64,000 bases of DNA, from assembly GCA_964611575.1 (NCBI GenBank), contig CAZTAJ010000003.1, positions 15,360-79,359 of the forward strand, read 5' to 3'. This stretch comes from an uncultured Verrucomicrobiota bacterium. Its GTDB lineage: Bacteria > Verrucomicrobiota > Kiritimatiellia > CAIKKV01 > CAITUY01. The translations under genes were made by a program, and so were the position numbers. Shown here piece after piece: positions 41,835 through 51,336 of this stretch. The notes below the pieces were generated by a model, which worked only from the letters and a program-made list of their open reading frames with translations, was not told where the DNA came from and did not search any database. Position 1 is the first letter of the stretch. Every line of letters begins with the position of its first letter.

Positions 41835-43838
41835 CTACCACATTACTTCCAACTCGTGCTGCCCGGACGCGGCAATTCGAACCCTGAGGGCCTGCCCATC
41901 GCAACGAAACTCGACCGGCGACCGGTCCACACGCACTTCCTTCGGCGCCCGTTCGCACCAGGCCAGAAACTCGCCGCCATCCCGCAGTTCGATGGCCACC
42001 CAACTGCGCCCGGCACGGAGGGATCGGATCGTTCCGCCGCTGTTGATCTTGTCGGTCAGCCCGATGGGAGCGAATCCGTCAACGATCGGCGCAACGGTAA
42101 ACACCTCGCATCCCAACGGCCCCAGAACGATCGGAGTATCCTCTCCCGCCACCCGCGGAACCAGGGCTCCAGAATGATGCGCATAAACGGCAAACCGGTC
42201 GCCCGAGAGCCCCTCCACATCCGTGGGGCGGATCGCGCCGGCGATCTCCTTCCCCGTATCCGGCGCGTGCAAGTTGAAGGCGCCGATCACCCCCGAGAAT
42301 CCATTCCGGGAAAACACCGTCAGCAGGCACTCATCCCGCGTCGGGTCCAGGAAGAGACATCGCCGCGTCGGACGCGCGGGCCGCAGGGTTCGCGGGACGG
42401 TGCCGTCGGACAGAACGAGTTTCCGCAGGAGCGTAAAATCGTGTGCGTCAGGCTTGTCCGACACATAGACCGGCCCACCCGAAATCGCCCGCGCCGCCGC
42501 GTGAAAAGCGCCGGATGGATGGCCGGACTGAAACATGTCCCAATCCGGGAGGACGAATTCGCCCATCCAGAAACTTGCCAGCGCATTGGCATAGAGGTGT
42601 TTTCCGTGCGAGGACCCATCGTTCGGCGCGAAATCCGTCGAGGACCGGGTCACGGTTGAATTCAGGGCGCTGAAGATCATGTCGTTCGAGCAGGACATGC
42701 AGTTGATGAGCCGCCCGCCGAACTGCGTTTGCGCCGCCCCTTCCAAGGCCGCATGATAAACGCGCATCATCGCCACGCGTCCGCCGCAACCCCTCGCGAT
42801 CACCTCCAGTACGGCCTGGCAATCCACTTTGACCCCGTCCACGCCCTGCAGGCGCAGGTGACGGTGGTAATCCTGGTAGAACCGGAAAATGTCTTCCGGC
42901 GCGACAAGTCCGTTGATATAGATTGCCTGCTTCTGACTTTCGCTCAGAAGCGTCTGCATGCCGGCGGAGAATATCTGGTGAATGTCGCGGACACGGTATT
43001 GCGGAAACGCCGCCGCGGCAACCCCGCCCCAATATCCCAGAAACGCATGCCACACCAGAAACGACCGGACCCCGAACTCCTCGCGCGCCATGCGCACCGT
43101 CGGCCCCAGATCGCCGGGAAACTTCCCGTTCGCGGCGAAGGCCGTCAAACGCGATTCGTCGGTCGGCGACTTGCCGACGGATTGCCAGCCGTCGTCGAGG
43201 ATCAGGAAGGCCGGCTTGACACCTCCGGCCGTGAAACTCTCCAACCCCAGGCGGACCTTGTCGTGGGTAACGTCCTGGTAGAACGCGTCCCACGTGCACC
43301 AGCCGAAGAGGTCGGCGAAATCCGGAACCGGTTTGTCTTCCCGCAGCCGGCCGGTGCGCATGGTCTGCATGACGCTGCGCGCCGCCGCCTCCATCAGCGC
43401 AAAGGGATTCTCGCCCACCGCCACGAACAGGGCGGTCGCCGCGTCGCCGGCCACCGCCGGATCGCCCGTTTCGACCGTCAGGACGAGAACGCCGTCCGAC
43501 CGCCCCTGGAGCGAAGCGCGAAAAGGCCCGTCCAGCAGGGGCAGGAACAGCGCGAACCCGCCCCCGGTCAGTTCGACCAGCAGCGACTGCGTCTCGACCG
43601 GAATCGCCGCCACATCGCGCCCGGCCTTGGCGGACATGAAGAAAAGGCAATGCCGATGGGTGCAGGTGAACCGCTGCCAGTCGCCCGCCCGCCCCACTTC
43701 GAATTCGTGCCGGGCCGCCGGCTTCTCCGCCGCGCACCGGAGAAACACGCCCGTCCCCAAAGGGTCGTCCTGCTGCGAAACCGACGAGGGCAGTCCGAGC
43801 AACACCGTCCTGTCTTTCAAGGTCAAGTCCACACTCAT
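41835..43838 (-). CDS. Raffinose synthase / Sip1-type GH36 alpha-galactosidase
   Basis: FGWCTWDAFY, ILDDGWQ, DGVKVDCQ, RSSTDF, PDWDMFQS, AISGGPVYVSD; GGAGG RBS before ATG 43838. Confidence 0.9.
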   Translation of the reverse strand: MSVDLTLKDRTVLLGLPSSVSQQDDPLGTGVFLRCAAEKPAARHEFEVGRAGDWQRFTCTHRHCLFFMSAKAGRDVAAIPVETQSLLVELTGGGFALFLPLLDGPFRASLQGRSDGVLVLTVETGDPAVAGDAATALFVAVGENPFALMEAAARSVMQTMRTGRLREDKPVPDFADLFGWCTWDAFYQDVTHDKVRLGLESFTAGGVKPAFLILDDGWQSVGKSPTDESRLTAFAANGKFPGDLGPTVRMAREEFGVRSFLVWHAFLGYWGGVAAAAFPQYRVRDIHQIFSAGMQTLLSESQKQAIYINGLVAPEDIFRFYQDYHRHLRLQGVDGVKVDCQAVLEVIARGCGGRVAMMRVYHAALEGAAQTQFGGRLINCMSCSNDMIFSALNSTVTRSSTDFAPNDGSSHGKHLYANALASFWMGEFVLPDWDMFQSGHPSGAFHAAARAISGGPVYVSDKPDAHDFTLLRKLVLSDGTVPRTLRPARPTRRCLFLDPTRDECLLTVFSRNGFSGVIGAFNLHAPDTGKEIAGAIRPTDVEGLSGDRFAVYAHHSGALVPRVAGEDTPIVLGPLGCEVFTVAPIVDGFAPIGLTDKINSGGTIRSLRAGRSWVAIELRDGGEFLAWCERAPKEVRVDRSPVEFRCDGQALRVRIAASGQHELEVMW

Positions 43839-43876
43839 CCTCCCAGGTCTTGCCGACACGGTTCCGCCACGCCGGT

Positions 43877-45049
43877 TCAGCCGCACAATTCGTGGCATCG
43901 TTTGCGATAGTGCAGGTAGCTCCGAAGGGGCACTTCCTCGGGCACCCCATGATCGCAGGTGGGAATAAAGCCGCCTCGGGCGCGCAGCGGCGGGATGATT
44001 CGATCCACCATGCGGTCGATCTCCGCCGGCCCCTGCGCCAGCACGCGCTTGTCGATGCCGCCGGCCATGAACAACCCCGGGAACTCCCGCCCGATCGCGA
44101 CCACGTCGCAGCCCGACGCGACCTCGAACGGGACCATGGCATCCATGCCGATGGCGTCCCGATAGAGAGGAATGACGGGCATCGCGTGGCCGTCGGTGTC
44201 AACCTGGACATACAGGTGGCGAGTTCGATCCAGTTGCCGCCGCCGCACATTTGCGAGGAACTGCTGGTAGTAGGGGAACAGGAACTCCCGCATCATGTCC
44301 GGCGAACACAGCGGCCCATGGTTGTAACAGATATCCTCCGCAAAGAAGACGACGTCAATCGTCACGTGTTCCTGGTGCCGGGCGGTTACGGCATCGGCCA
44401 GTTCGAGCCAGGTTCGCATGCAATCGTGCAGGACCTCCGGCATGTCGTAGAACGCGTAGAACAACGGCTCGGGGCCGATGAGGCTGCGCAGATACATGTA
44501 GCCGCCTATGACCCCTTGCACCATCATGGTGCCGGTGGCCGCGACGGCGCGCGCCTGGCTCATGCGCGCGTCGAAATGCTCCCACCGTTGCGGCGTGGAT
44601 GGGCTCAGGCGCCATTTGCATCGCTCAACCCAGGTCTTCATATCCTTGACGGGATGGTCCAGGTATTCCGGCATGAAACCGTTCCGCCGCCCCTTGAAAA
44701 CCAGCACATGCCGACCGGCGCCGTCCTGAACGACTTCGCAGTCGCCGCGATCCTCAATCGTCAGGGAATCGAAGGCGGGCGAAAAGGCCGCTTCGCACCA
44801 ACCGAGGCCTCCCAGCCCGAAGTCGCCTGGCGGATCATAACCGAACACCTTGGCCAGGTCGGCGTCGCGGGCGAGCCCCTCCTCATACCAGCGCTCCAGG
44901 CAGTAGAAACCGAATTCGCGATGCAAAATCGGCGCCCCCGGAACGCCCGCATAGAGGTCACGCAGTTTCCTCGCCGAAGGCGCCGTCTTCTCGCGGGCAA
45001 CCAGCGCCCGCACTCCGTCATCCGACTTGGTTTCGCACATCTTGTCCAC
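43877..45049 (-). CDS. Uroporphyrinogen decarboxylase (URO-D/MtaA-CmuA) family protein
   Basis: LRSLIGPE, FAEDICYNHGPL.SP, VDTDG, GGIDKR, GFIPTCDH.VP. Confidence 0.85.
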   Translation of the reverse strand: MDKMCETKSDDGVRALVAREKTAPSARKLRDLYAGVPGAPILHREFGFYCLERWYEEGLARDADLAKVFGYDPPGDFGLGGLGWCEAAFSPAFDSLTIEDRGDCEVVQDGAGRHVLVFKGRRNGFMPEYLDHPVKDMKTWVERCKWRLSPSTPQRWEHFDARMSQARAVAATGTMMVQGVIGGYMYLRSLIGPEPLFYAFYDMPEVLHDCMRTWLELADAVTARHQEHVTIDVVFFAEDICYNHGPLCSPDMMREFLFPYYQQFLANVRRRQLDRTRHLYVQVDTDGHAMPVIPLYRDAIGMDAMVPFEVASGCDVVAIGREFPGLFMAGGIDKRVLAQGPAEIDRMVDRIIPPLRARGGFIPTCDHGVPEEVPLRSYLHYRKRCHELCG

Positions 45050-45171
45050 TCTATCCTCCCGCTTTCCAACCCGTTCTTCCATGGAAACACTCGCGCGCGA
45101 TCTCCCCACTCACCCCCCCGCGCCCCATCGGGGTCAGTCGCCCATCGAGACACGCAGGGGTCAAGACACGC

Positions 45172-46292
45172 AGGGGTCAGGCCTTGATTAGCGATTAAGC
45201 ACATAAGGTCTTCCGCAAGGCGGCGTACCGGCGGCGCAGACTCCATCGTGACGCCAGTTCGCCTTCCGCCCCCTTCAGTAAACGCCCCAGCCCCGAACCG
45301 TCTCCCAGGCCGACATGGCGGCCGATATCCCGTTGCGACAACCCCGTCAATTCCTTCAGCAACAATGCCGCCACCAGACGGCCATCGGACAGACTCCTTC
45401 GTTTTCGCAATTCTTCCGCGGCCGTCTTGAAAGCCCGGGCGACCTGGGCCGTCACCTCCGCGGGATCCACGCCCGCTTCCACACGCCGCATCGCCACATC
45501 GACCGACGACCCCGCGCGGCGGCGGCGCTGCCGGTAGTCGCGTTCCACTTGCCGGCAGAACCGCCAACCCCCCACCGCCTTGCTTGACCGTTGCATCGCC
45601 TCCCGCAGGTCTCCGTCATCCTCGGCCAGACCGCTTTCCACGAAAACGCGATACCCCTCCTTGCGTTCCCCTGCGTACCGGCCTGCGAGCGCGCTTAACG
45701 GCCCGACATCCACCCATCCTTCCGGTTTGTGTATGCCGGCATAGCCTCCGTAACTGCTCCACCGGTACGCACGAAGTGCCGTGATCCGCTCCACCAACGG
45801 CCGGTCCCGCACGCCCGCAATCTTCACCGGGTTCAGGTGCACATAGCGCGTCAAAGCCAGAAGGTATTCGTCGCCCGACACCACCTTGGCCTTGTACCGC
45901 CCGCTGAATACGTGCCCCACGCGGTCATGCCGGACATTGTAGTACATGGTGTAGGACGTATTCAACTGCGGCATGAAGGCGGCCAGGTTGGCCCGCGGCG
46001 TCTCCAGCAACAGATGATAGTGGTTGCGCATCACCACGTACGCATACAGTCGGACATGGTGCCGCTCGACGTTCTCGGCCAACTTCTCCACAAACCGACA
46101 CTTGTCCCTATCCAAGGAAAAGATGTCACTCCGCTCGTTCCCTCGCGAAGTCACATGATGAATCGCACCCTCATATTCCAGCCGCAAATGCCGCGCCATC
46201 CCGCACCCTCCTGCCTTCGCCCTACCGCTGACACTAACGCACTCGCACCTCTTCCGTCTACTCGGTTAATCACTAATCAAGGCCTGACCCCT
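45172..46292. mobile_element. RAYT cassette bounded by 27-bp inverted repeats
   Basis: AGGGGTCAGGCCTTGATTAGCGATTAA (45172-45198) vs TTAATCACTAATCAAGGCCTGACCCCT (46266-46292): 26/27 complementary, enclosing one transposase gene. Confidence 0.8.
45195..46199 (-). CDS. REP-associated tyrosine transposase (HUH Y1, IS200-like) with C-terminal DnaA-C-like HTH
   Basis: HHVTSRGN, NHYHLL (HUH), YVHLNPV (catalytic Tyr), YRWSSY, C-terminal LSQRDIGRHVG. Confidence 0.9.
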   Translation of the reverse strand: MARHLRLEYEGAIHHVTSRGNERSDIFSLDRDKCRFVEKLAENVERHHVRLYAYVVMRNHYHLLLETPRANLAAFMPQLNTSYTMYYNVRHDRVGHVFSGRYKAKVVSGDEYLLALTRYVHLNPVKIAGVRDRPLVERITALRAYRWSSYGGYAGIHKPEGWVDVGPLSALAGRYAGERKEGYRVFVESGLAEDDGDLREAMQRSSKAVGGWRFCRQVERDYRQRRRRAGSSVDVAMRRVEAGVDPAEVTAQVARAFKTAAEELRKRRSLSDGRLVAALLLKELTGLSQRDIGRHVGLGDGSGLGRLLKGAEGELASRWSLRRRYAALRKTLCA

Positions 46293-46318
46293 TGGCTTCC
46301 TGACCCCTTGGCTTCCCG

Positions 46319-48448
46319 CTATCTCAAGCGCCCGGCCGGCCGCAACGCCCGCGCACAGCGGTCAGGGCCACATCTCCGCACCGACAGCAGGACCGACCGG
46401 AATGGCTCCGGGGCGGAGACCCCGATGCCGGCCGCCAGAACGCGGCCTGTCGCTTGCCGCTCGCCGCCGTCCATGTCCACCACACCATACGTGGCCCGTT
46501 CGTCCAGACCGCACAGGGCAAACCGTCGGCGGGAGGTGCCTGCGGCGAGGCGGAACGCCAACAGAACGCCGCTATCGCCGTTCTTGGCCACGTGCCACAT
46601 GGCCGCCCAGTCGCCGTCGCCGGTCAGGCAGGGGTGCGCGCCGAGCGCATGGGCCTCGCCGTCCCGCAGAAGGGGGCGTAGTGTCTCTTTGTAGAACGCG
46701 ATGTGCCGGCGCGCCAGATCGCACTCGGCCGCACTCCACCGCTCCAACGGATACCCAAAGCTGATCCCGCCGAGCATCAGCACCCTCAATCGGAAGGCAA
46801 GATCGGGCCGTTCGTCAAAAAGGACCGCTCCCCGCGGGTCTCTCGCCGGCCAGTCCATCTGGAAGGCGTTGCGCTGGAGCGGAAGGCTCATCCTGTGCCG
46901 ACCGAAATGAATGGCCAAGTTCGGCAGCGCCTGGGCGGCATCGGAAAGGGTCATGGTGTGACCTTGAGCGAGAACGGCCTGATCAAACCGTCCCCCGCCC
47001 CCGGCACACATTTCGAGAATCAGTTCCGGGAACCGCTCCCGCAGTTCGGCCTGCAAACGGTAAAGTCCGCGGTAGTGGGCCGCCAGCGGGTCCCTCCGCG
47101 TCAACGCGCGGGGCAGACCGGGAGCCCAGCCGCCCTGGGCCAGCTCTATATTGAAATCCCATTTCATCCAAGTTGCCCGAGTCTGGGCGAGGATGTCGCC
47201 AATCCGGTCCCGCACCCAGGCACGGGCCGCGGGAACGCCGAGGTGCAGCGCCCGCACCCGCCCGCCATACGCCTTGCTGAGGAACCCCGTCTGCGGATGC
47301 AGCCATTCCGGATGGGCCGCGCGCACCCAGGCCGATTCGTCAACCGTTTCAGGCTCGAACCATATCCCGAACTGCAGCCCGAGCCCCCGGCAGTAATCGC
47401 TGAACGCGGTCAAGCCGTCGGGAAACATCGCGGGATTGGGCAGCCAATCGCCGCGGCTGGTCCAGACGCCACCGCCAGCGCCATCGCGTTGCGTGGTGTA
47501 CCACCCGGCATCCAGCATGAAGACTTCCAGTCCTATTTCGGCCGCGCGCCGGGCATGGTCCTTCAGCCGTTCCGACGGTGTCGGCGCCGGGCAGACGCCC
47601 CAACTGCAAAACTGCGTGGGCAACGGACGTCCGGAGTCGCGTCGCGCCGCCCGCAGGGTTTCGTGCAACCGCCCGGTGGCGGCCTCCAGGTCTCCCGGGA
47701 CACACCCCAGCAACGCGCCGGGCAACGCAACAGTCTCGCCGGGCGCCAGGGTCTCGGCCAACCCCCACTCGCTGGGTCCGCCACTGACGTCCACGCATCC
47801 CGTCCCGATCCGGCGCGCGCTCATCTGCCAGTTCCCGCTCCAGTTAAGCATGGCCAAGTACGTATGCCGCGGACTTTCGAGGGCCAGGTAAGGCGCATAG
47901 TCATAGCCCGTCTTGCCATTCCGGCTTTCGAGGACGACCGTCGCCGGCGTCAGGGGCAAACGCTGCGGTTGGGCCTCGCGCCCGTATCCCCCCGCGAGGA
48001 ACAGCAGCGCGCTCACGTCCGCCGGCAGGCGCACGGCAAAGCTCGTCGCGCCCTCAACTGTATGAAGGCCTGCCCGCCCGGTGTGCCTCACCAGGTTGCG
48101 CCGTTCGAGAAAGCCGGTGGCCGGGTCCACCGCGTACGTCAGCCTGGCCTCCAAAGGGTAATCCCGTGCGCGCAGCACGAGTTCGAATCGGGCCGGATCC
48201 GTCCGTGCCCCCTCGGCGCTTTCCCACACCACCATCTCGTCGCGGGTGCCCAGCGATATGGTGGCTTCAGACCGGCTCTGGCACAGGGAGTCCACATGTG
48301 GCGTTTCCGGCACCGTCACGGGTCCCGGCCGTTGCGGCCCGAAATACAACGACTGCAACACACCGCGGAATAGAACGAGGTGCAGTTCGAGGTCCGCCCA
48401 GATCAGTCGCCAGCCGGGGCGGCTCGCATCAAACTCGACGTGCATCAT
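46319..48448 (-). CDS. GH36 alpha-galactosidase (melibiase)
   Basis: FMLDAGWY, FGIWFEPE, WMKWDFN nucleophile, EMCAGGGGRFD. Confidence 0.88.
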   Translation of the reverse strand: MMHVEFDASRPGWRLIWADLELHLVLFRGVLQSLYFGPQRPGPVTVPETPHVDSLCQSRSEATISLGTRDEMVVWESAEGARTDPARFELVLRARDYPLEARLTYAVDPATGFLERRNLVRHTGRAGLHTVEGATSFAVRLPADVSALLFLAGGYGREAQPQRLPLTPATVVLESRNGKTGYDYAPYLALESPRHTYLAMLNWSGNWQMSARRIGTGCVDVSGGPSEWGLAETLAPGETVALPGALLGCVPGDLEAATGRLHETLRAARRDSGRPLPTQFCSWGVCPAPTPSERLKDHARRAAEIGLEVFMLDAGWYTTQRDGAGGGVWTSRGDWLPNPAMFPDGLTAFSDYCRGLGLQFGIWFEPETVDESAWVRAAHPEWLHPQTGFLSKAYGGRVRALHLGVPAARAWVRDRIGDILAQTRATWMKWDFNIELAQGGWAPGLPRALTRRDPLAAHYRGLYRLQAELRERFPELILEMCAGGGGRFDQAVLAQGHTMTLSDAAQALPNLAIHFGRHRMSLPLQRNAFQMDWPARDPRGAVLFDERPDLAFRLRVLMLGGISFGYPLERWSAAECDLARRHIAFYKETLRPLLRDGEAHALGAHPCLTGDGDWAAMWHVAKNGDSGVLLAFRLAAGTSRRRFALCGLDERATYGVVDMDGGERQATGRVLAAGIGVSAPEPFRSVLLSVRRCGPDRCARALRPAGRLR

Positions 48449-48789
48449 GGCATCCCCCTCCTGCCGAATCCGGCTTACCGGTCTCTCCAACTCGCGACGC
48501 GGCCCTCCCTCGCCGCCCGACGCCTTGCCGACATGAATTCAGGCCGCTTCGGGATGCAAACGCTACACTTTCCCCGCGCCGGAACGATACTTCTTTTCCA
48601 TCGCGAGTGACACGCCCGGACGCGCAGGAAGGAGAAGGAGCATCGGAGGGTTAGCGTGTGTGTGATGCGACGATCACGACGAGCCGCTGCCGTTTCGGCA
48701 AGGAAGCCCTGGTTGCGGGTTGACTCCGGCCGGAGGCCGTCCGGTCATCGGCACGGACTCACGGCCTCAGCAGGCGGACCAGCGCTTCG

Positions 48790-49173
48790 CTACTTCCCCA
48801 GCCTGGCTTTGAGGGCGGACAAAAGCACTTGCGGGTTGATCGGTTTCTGGAGCACCCCCGACAGGCCGAGTTGCGAGTAGTCGGTGCTCAGATTCAGGCC
48901 GTCGCCCACGGAACTCAGCATGTAGATGGGCGGCGTCGGTCCCAGCGCCTTGATCTCCTTGACCAGGTTCGTGCCGGAATCGACCTCCTCCATCATCAAG
49001 TCGACGATCACGAGGTCAGGCCGTTCCGCCTTGTACCGCCGCAGCCCTTCCTCGGCGCTGTTAGCCGTGTCGACGATGTAATTGCTGCTCTCGATGATGA
49101 TCTTCATCGAATCCAGAAAATCCTGGTCGTCGTCGACACAGAGTATGACGTGTTTGCCTTTCCTCATGGTCAT
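48790..49173 (-). CDS. Receiver-only (CheY-like) response regulator
   Basis: ILCVDDD, VIVDLMM (phospho-Asp), MLSS, LQKP; no output domain. Confidence 0.9.
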   Translation of the reverse strand: MTMRKGKHVILCVDDDQDFLDSMKIIIESSNYIVDTANSAEEGLRRYKAERPDLVIVDLMMEEVDSGTNLVKEIKALGPTPPIYMLSSVGDGLNLSTDYSQLGLSGVLQKPINPQVLLSALKARLGK

Positions 49174-49241
49174 CGCCTCCTCATCGCTTCGTCTTTACCG
49201 CAGATCCCCGCATCCCGCAACCGGAAACAGCGGAGGGACTT

Positions 49242-49324
49242 AGGGTTCAGGGTTCGGGGTTCAGTACGGAGCAGGCTCCACATCCACGCATTGTTGCGCC
49301 TGAACCCTGATACCCTGAACCCTG
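49242..49324. repeat. Inverted heptamer arms overlapping the hoxW 3' end
   Basis: AGGGTTC AGGGTTC GGGGTTC AG (49242-49264) and CCTGAA CCCTGAT A CCCTGAA CCCTG (49299-49324). Confidence 0.8.
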
Positions 49325-49800
49325 TTCTCTCCCCCCTCGCCACACTCCGCGGCCGCGCACCGGTCCTCGCGCAGCACACGCTCCAGAAAATCCGACGCTG
49401 CCGCCAGGTTGGCATGCGCCCGTTCACTCAACCCTTCGCCGAACTCGTTGAACGCATAGCCGCGGATCCCGAGCACGTACGCCTCCGGCCGGGCCCCGAA
49501 GATCGCCTCGGCCAGCGCCAGCACTTCCCCCGGCTCGACGCTGTGGCTGCTGAAGCCCGGCGATCCCCGGGGTTGCACCCGCTGGAAATAGAACGGCTCG
49601 CTCCCGCCGACCGACGCATCGGCAAACACCACGACCTCCTGCCGGGCCACGGCTTCGGCATCCTCAACGGTCAACTGGTAATCGGAATCGACGCTCACCC
49701 CGGGGAGGCCCCGCCCCTCCAGCCAAGCGGCCAGGGCCGGCCCGAGCCCGTCGTCACGCCGGCCCGGGTTGCCGAATCCGATGACCAGTTTCCTGCGCAT
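49261..49800 (-). CDS. hoxW: Hydrogenase maturation endopeptidase
   Basis: GFGNPGRRDDGLG, VVFADA, SSHS; directly after the large subunit gene. Confidence 0.88.
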   Translation of the reverse strand: MRRKLVIGFGNPGRRDDGLGPALAAWLEGRGLPGVSVDSDYQLTVEDAEAVARQEVVVFADASVGGSEPFYFQRVQPRGSPGFSSHSVEPGEVLALAEAIFGARPEAYVLGIRGYAFNEFGEGLSERAHANLAAASDFLERVLREDRCAAAECGEGGENRVQGIRVQAQQCVDVEPAPY

Positions 49801-49821
49801 GGGGAATGCACCGCCCGCCGG

Positions 49822-51276
49822 TCAGCCTCCGGCGTTCCGAGTCCTCTGCGCGATCACCTGTCCTTCGTGATCGATCAATTCGATGATGAGCGGCATGCGG
49901 CCCATCGCATGGGTGGCGCAGGACAGGCAGGGATCGTAGGCGCGAATCGCCACCTCGATATGATTCAGCAGGCCTTCCGTGATTTCCGGCTTGCCCGAGA
50001 GGTAGTCCTGGGCCACCCGCTGCACGGCCATGTTCATGGGCGTGTTGTTGTTCGTGGTGGACACGATCAGGTTGGCCATCGTCACCTGGTCATGCTCGTC
50101 GACCTTGTAGTGGTGGAAGAGCGTCCCGCGCGGCGCCTCGATCAGGCCCACGCCTTCGCCGCGGCGCTCGCCCTTGACGACGAGATCCTTGCCCTGCAGA
50201 TCCTTGTCGTGCAGCAGGTCGCGGATCTTCTCGATGGAATGCAGCACCTCGATCATGCGCGCCCAGTGATAGGCCATCGTGATGTTGTTCGGCTTGCCAT
50301 TCGTCAGCGCCATGAAAATCTTGCGCTCGGCCTCGGCTTCCGGCGTGTCGATGAATGTCGCCGTGTTGACGCGCGCCAGGGGGCCGACCCGGTACCAGCC
50401 CTTTTCGGGACCCAGGCTCTTGATGAATGGGAACTTCATGTAGGACCAGTCGCGCACTTCCTCGACGATCTGGTCCTGGTACCCCTGGTAATCGACCTGG
50501 TCGAAGATGGTCTTCCCCTGGGCATCGATGGCGCGCAGATTGCCGTGGTACAGGTCCATCGCGCCATCCGCCCGGATCAACGAGAGGTGGTTGGAATCGA
50601 ATGACCCGAACGTGGCGAGCGTGCTCAGATGCTCGGCCGTGTAGTCCTTGGCCAGTTTGAGCGCCGAGCGGGACCAGGTCATCATCTGGTCCAGATCCTT
50701 CAGAAACCCGTCGCGTTCGGCAATCGACAGGTTCTTGTTGACCCCGCCGGGGATCGCCCCGGTGCCGTGAATCTTCTTGCCGGCCGTCGCCTTGATCAAT
50801 TCCTGGCCGTATTTGCGCATCATCACGCCCTGCACGGCAAGTTCGGGATACTTGCGCGCCACGCCGATCACGTTGCGCACGGCGACATCGGCATCGAACC
50901 CGAACAGCAGGTCGGGCGAACACAGGTGGAAAAAATGCAGCGCGTGCGACTGGAACATCTGGCCATAGTGCATCAACCGGCGCATTTTCTCGGCGGTCGG
51001 CGTCAGCTTTTCGCCGCCCACGATACGGTCCATGGCTTTGACGGCCGCGAGATGGTGACTCACCGGGCAGATGCCGCACAGGCGCTGCACCAGCACGGGA
51101 ATCTCCCAGTAAGGGCGGCCCTGGATGAACCGTTCGAATCCGCGGAACTCCACGATATGCAGACGCGCCTGCTTGACCTGGTTCTTCTCATCCAGCAGCA
51201 GCGACACCTTGCCGTGGCCCTCCACGCGCGTCACCGGTTCAATGATCACCCGTTTCAATTCGCTCTTGCTCTTCAT
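49822..51276 (-). CDS. hoxH: NAD-reducing [NiFe]-hydrogenase large subunit
   Basis: RVEGHG, L1 RLCGICPVSH, L2 DPCLSCATH with a cleavable C-terminal tail. Confidence 0.95.
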   Translation of the reverse strand: MKSKSELKRVIIEPVTRVEGHGKVSLLLDEKNQVKQARLHIVEFRGFERFIQGRPYWEIPVLVQRLCGICPVSHHLAAVKAMDRIVGGEKLTPTAEKMRRLMHYGQMFQSHALHFFHLCSPDLLFGFDADVAVRNVIGVARKYPELAVQGVMMRKYGQELIKATAGKKIHGTGAIPGGVNKNLSIAERDGFLKDLDQMMTWSRSALKLAKDYTAEHLSTLATFGSFDSNHLSLIRADGAMDLYHGNLRAIDAQGKTIFDQVDYQGYQDQIVEEVRDWSYMKFPFIKSLGPEKGWYRVGPLARVNTATFIDTPEAEAERKIFMALTNGKPNNITMAYHWARMIEVLHSIEKIRDLLHDKDLQGKDLVVKGERRGEGVGLIEAPRGTLFHHYKVDEHDQVTMANLIVSTTNNNTPMNMAVQRVAQDYLSGKPEITEGLLNHIEVAIRAYDPCLSCATHAMGRMPLIIELIDHEGQVIAQRTRNAGG

Positions 51277-51336
51277 TCGGCGTTCCTCCGAAAACTCCAC
51301 CGGCCTCTTCCGCGTCTAACGCGGTCACGACCCCAT

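Noticed and set aside
42448-44250. 600-aa minus-strand ORF in an alternative frame
   Set aside because: Overlaps the GH36 and URO-D genes in another frame; Arg/Gly-rich with no motifs.
48554-48567. LacI/cre-like operator TGCAAACGCTACAC upstream of the GH36 gene
   Set aside because: Imperfect palindrome, single instance, and no LacI regulator in the window.
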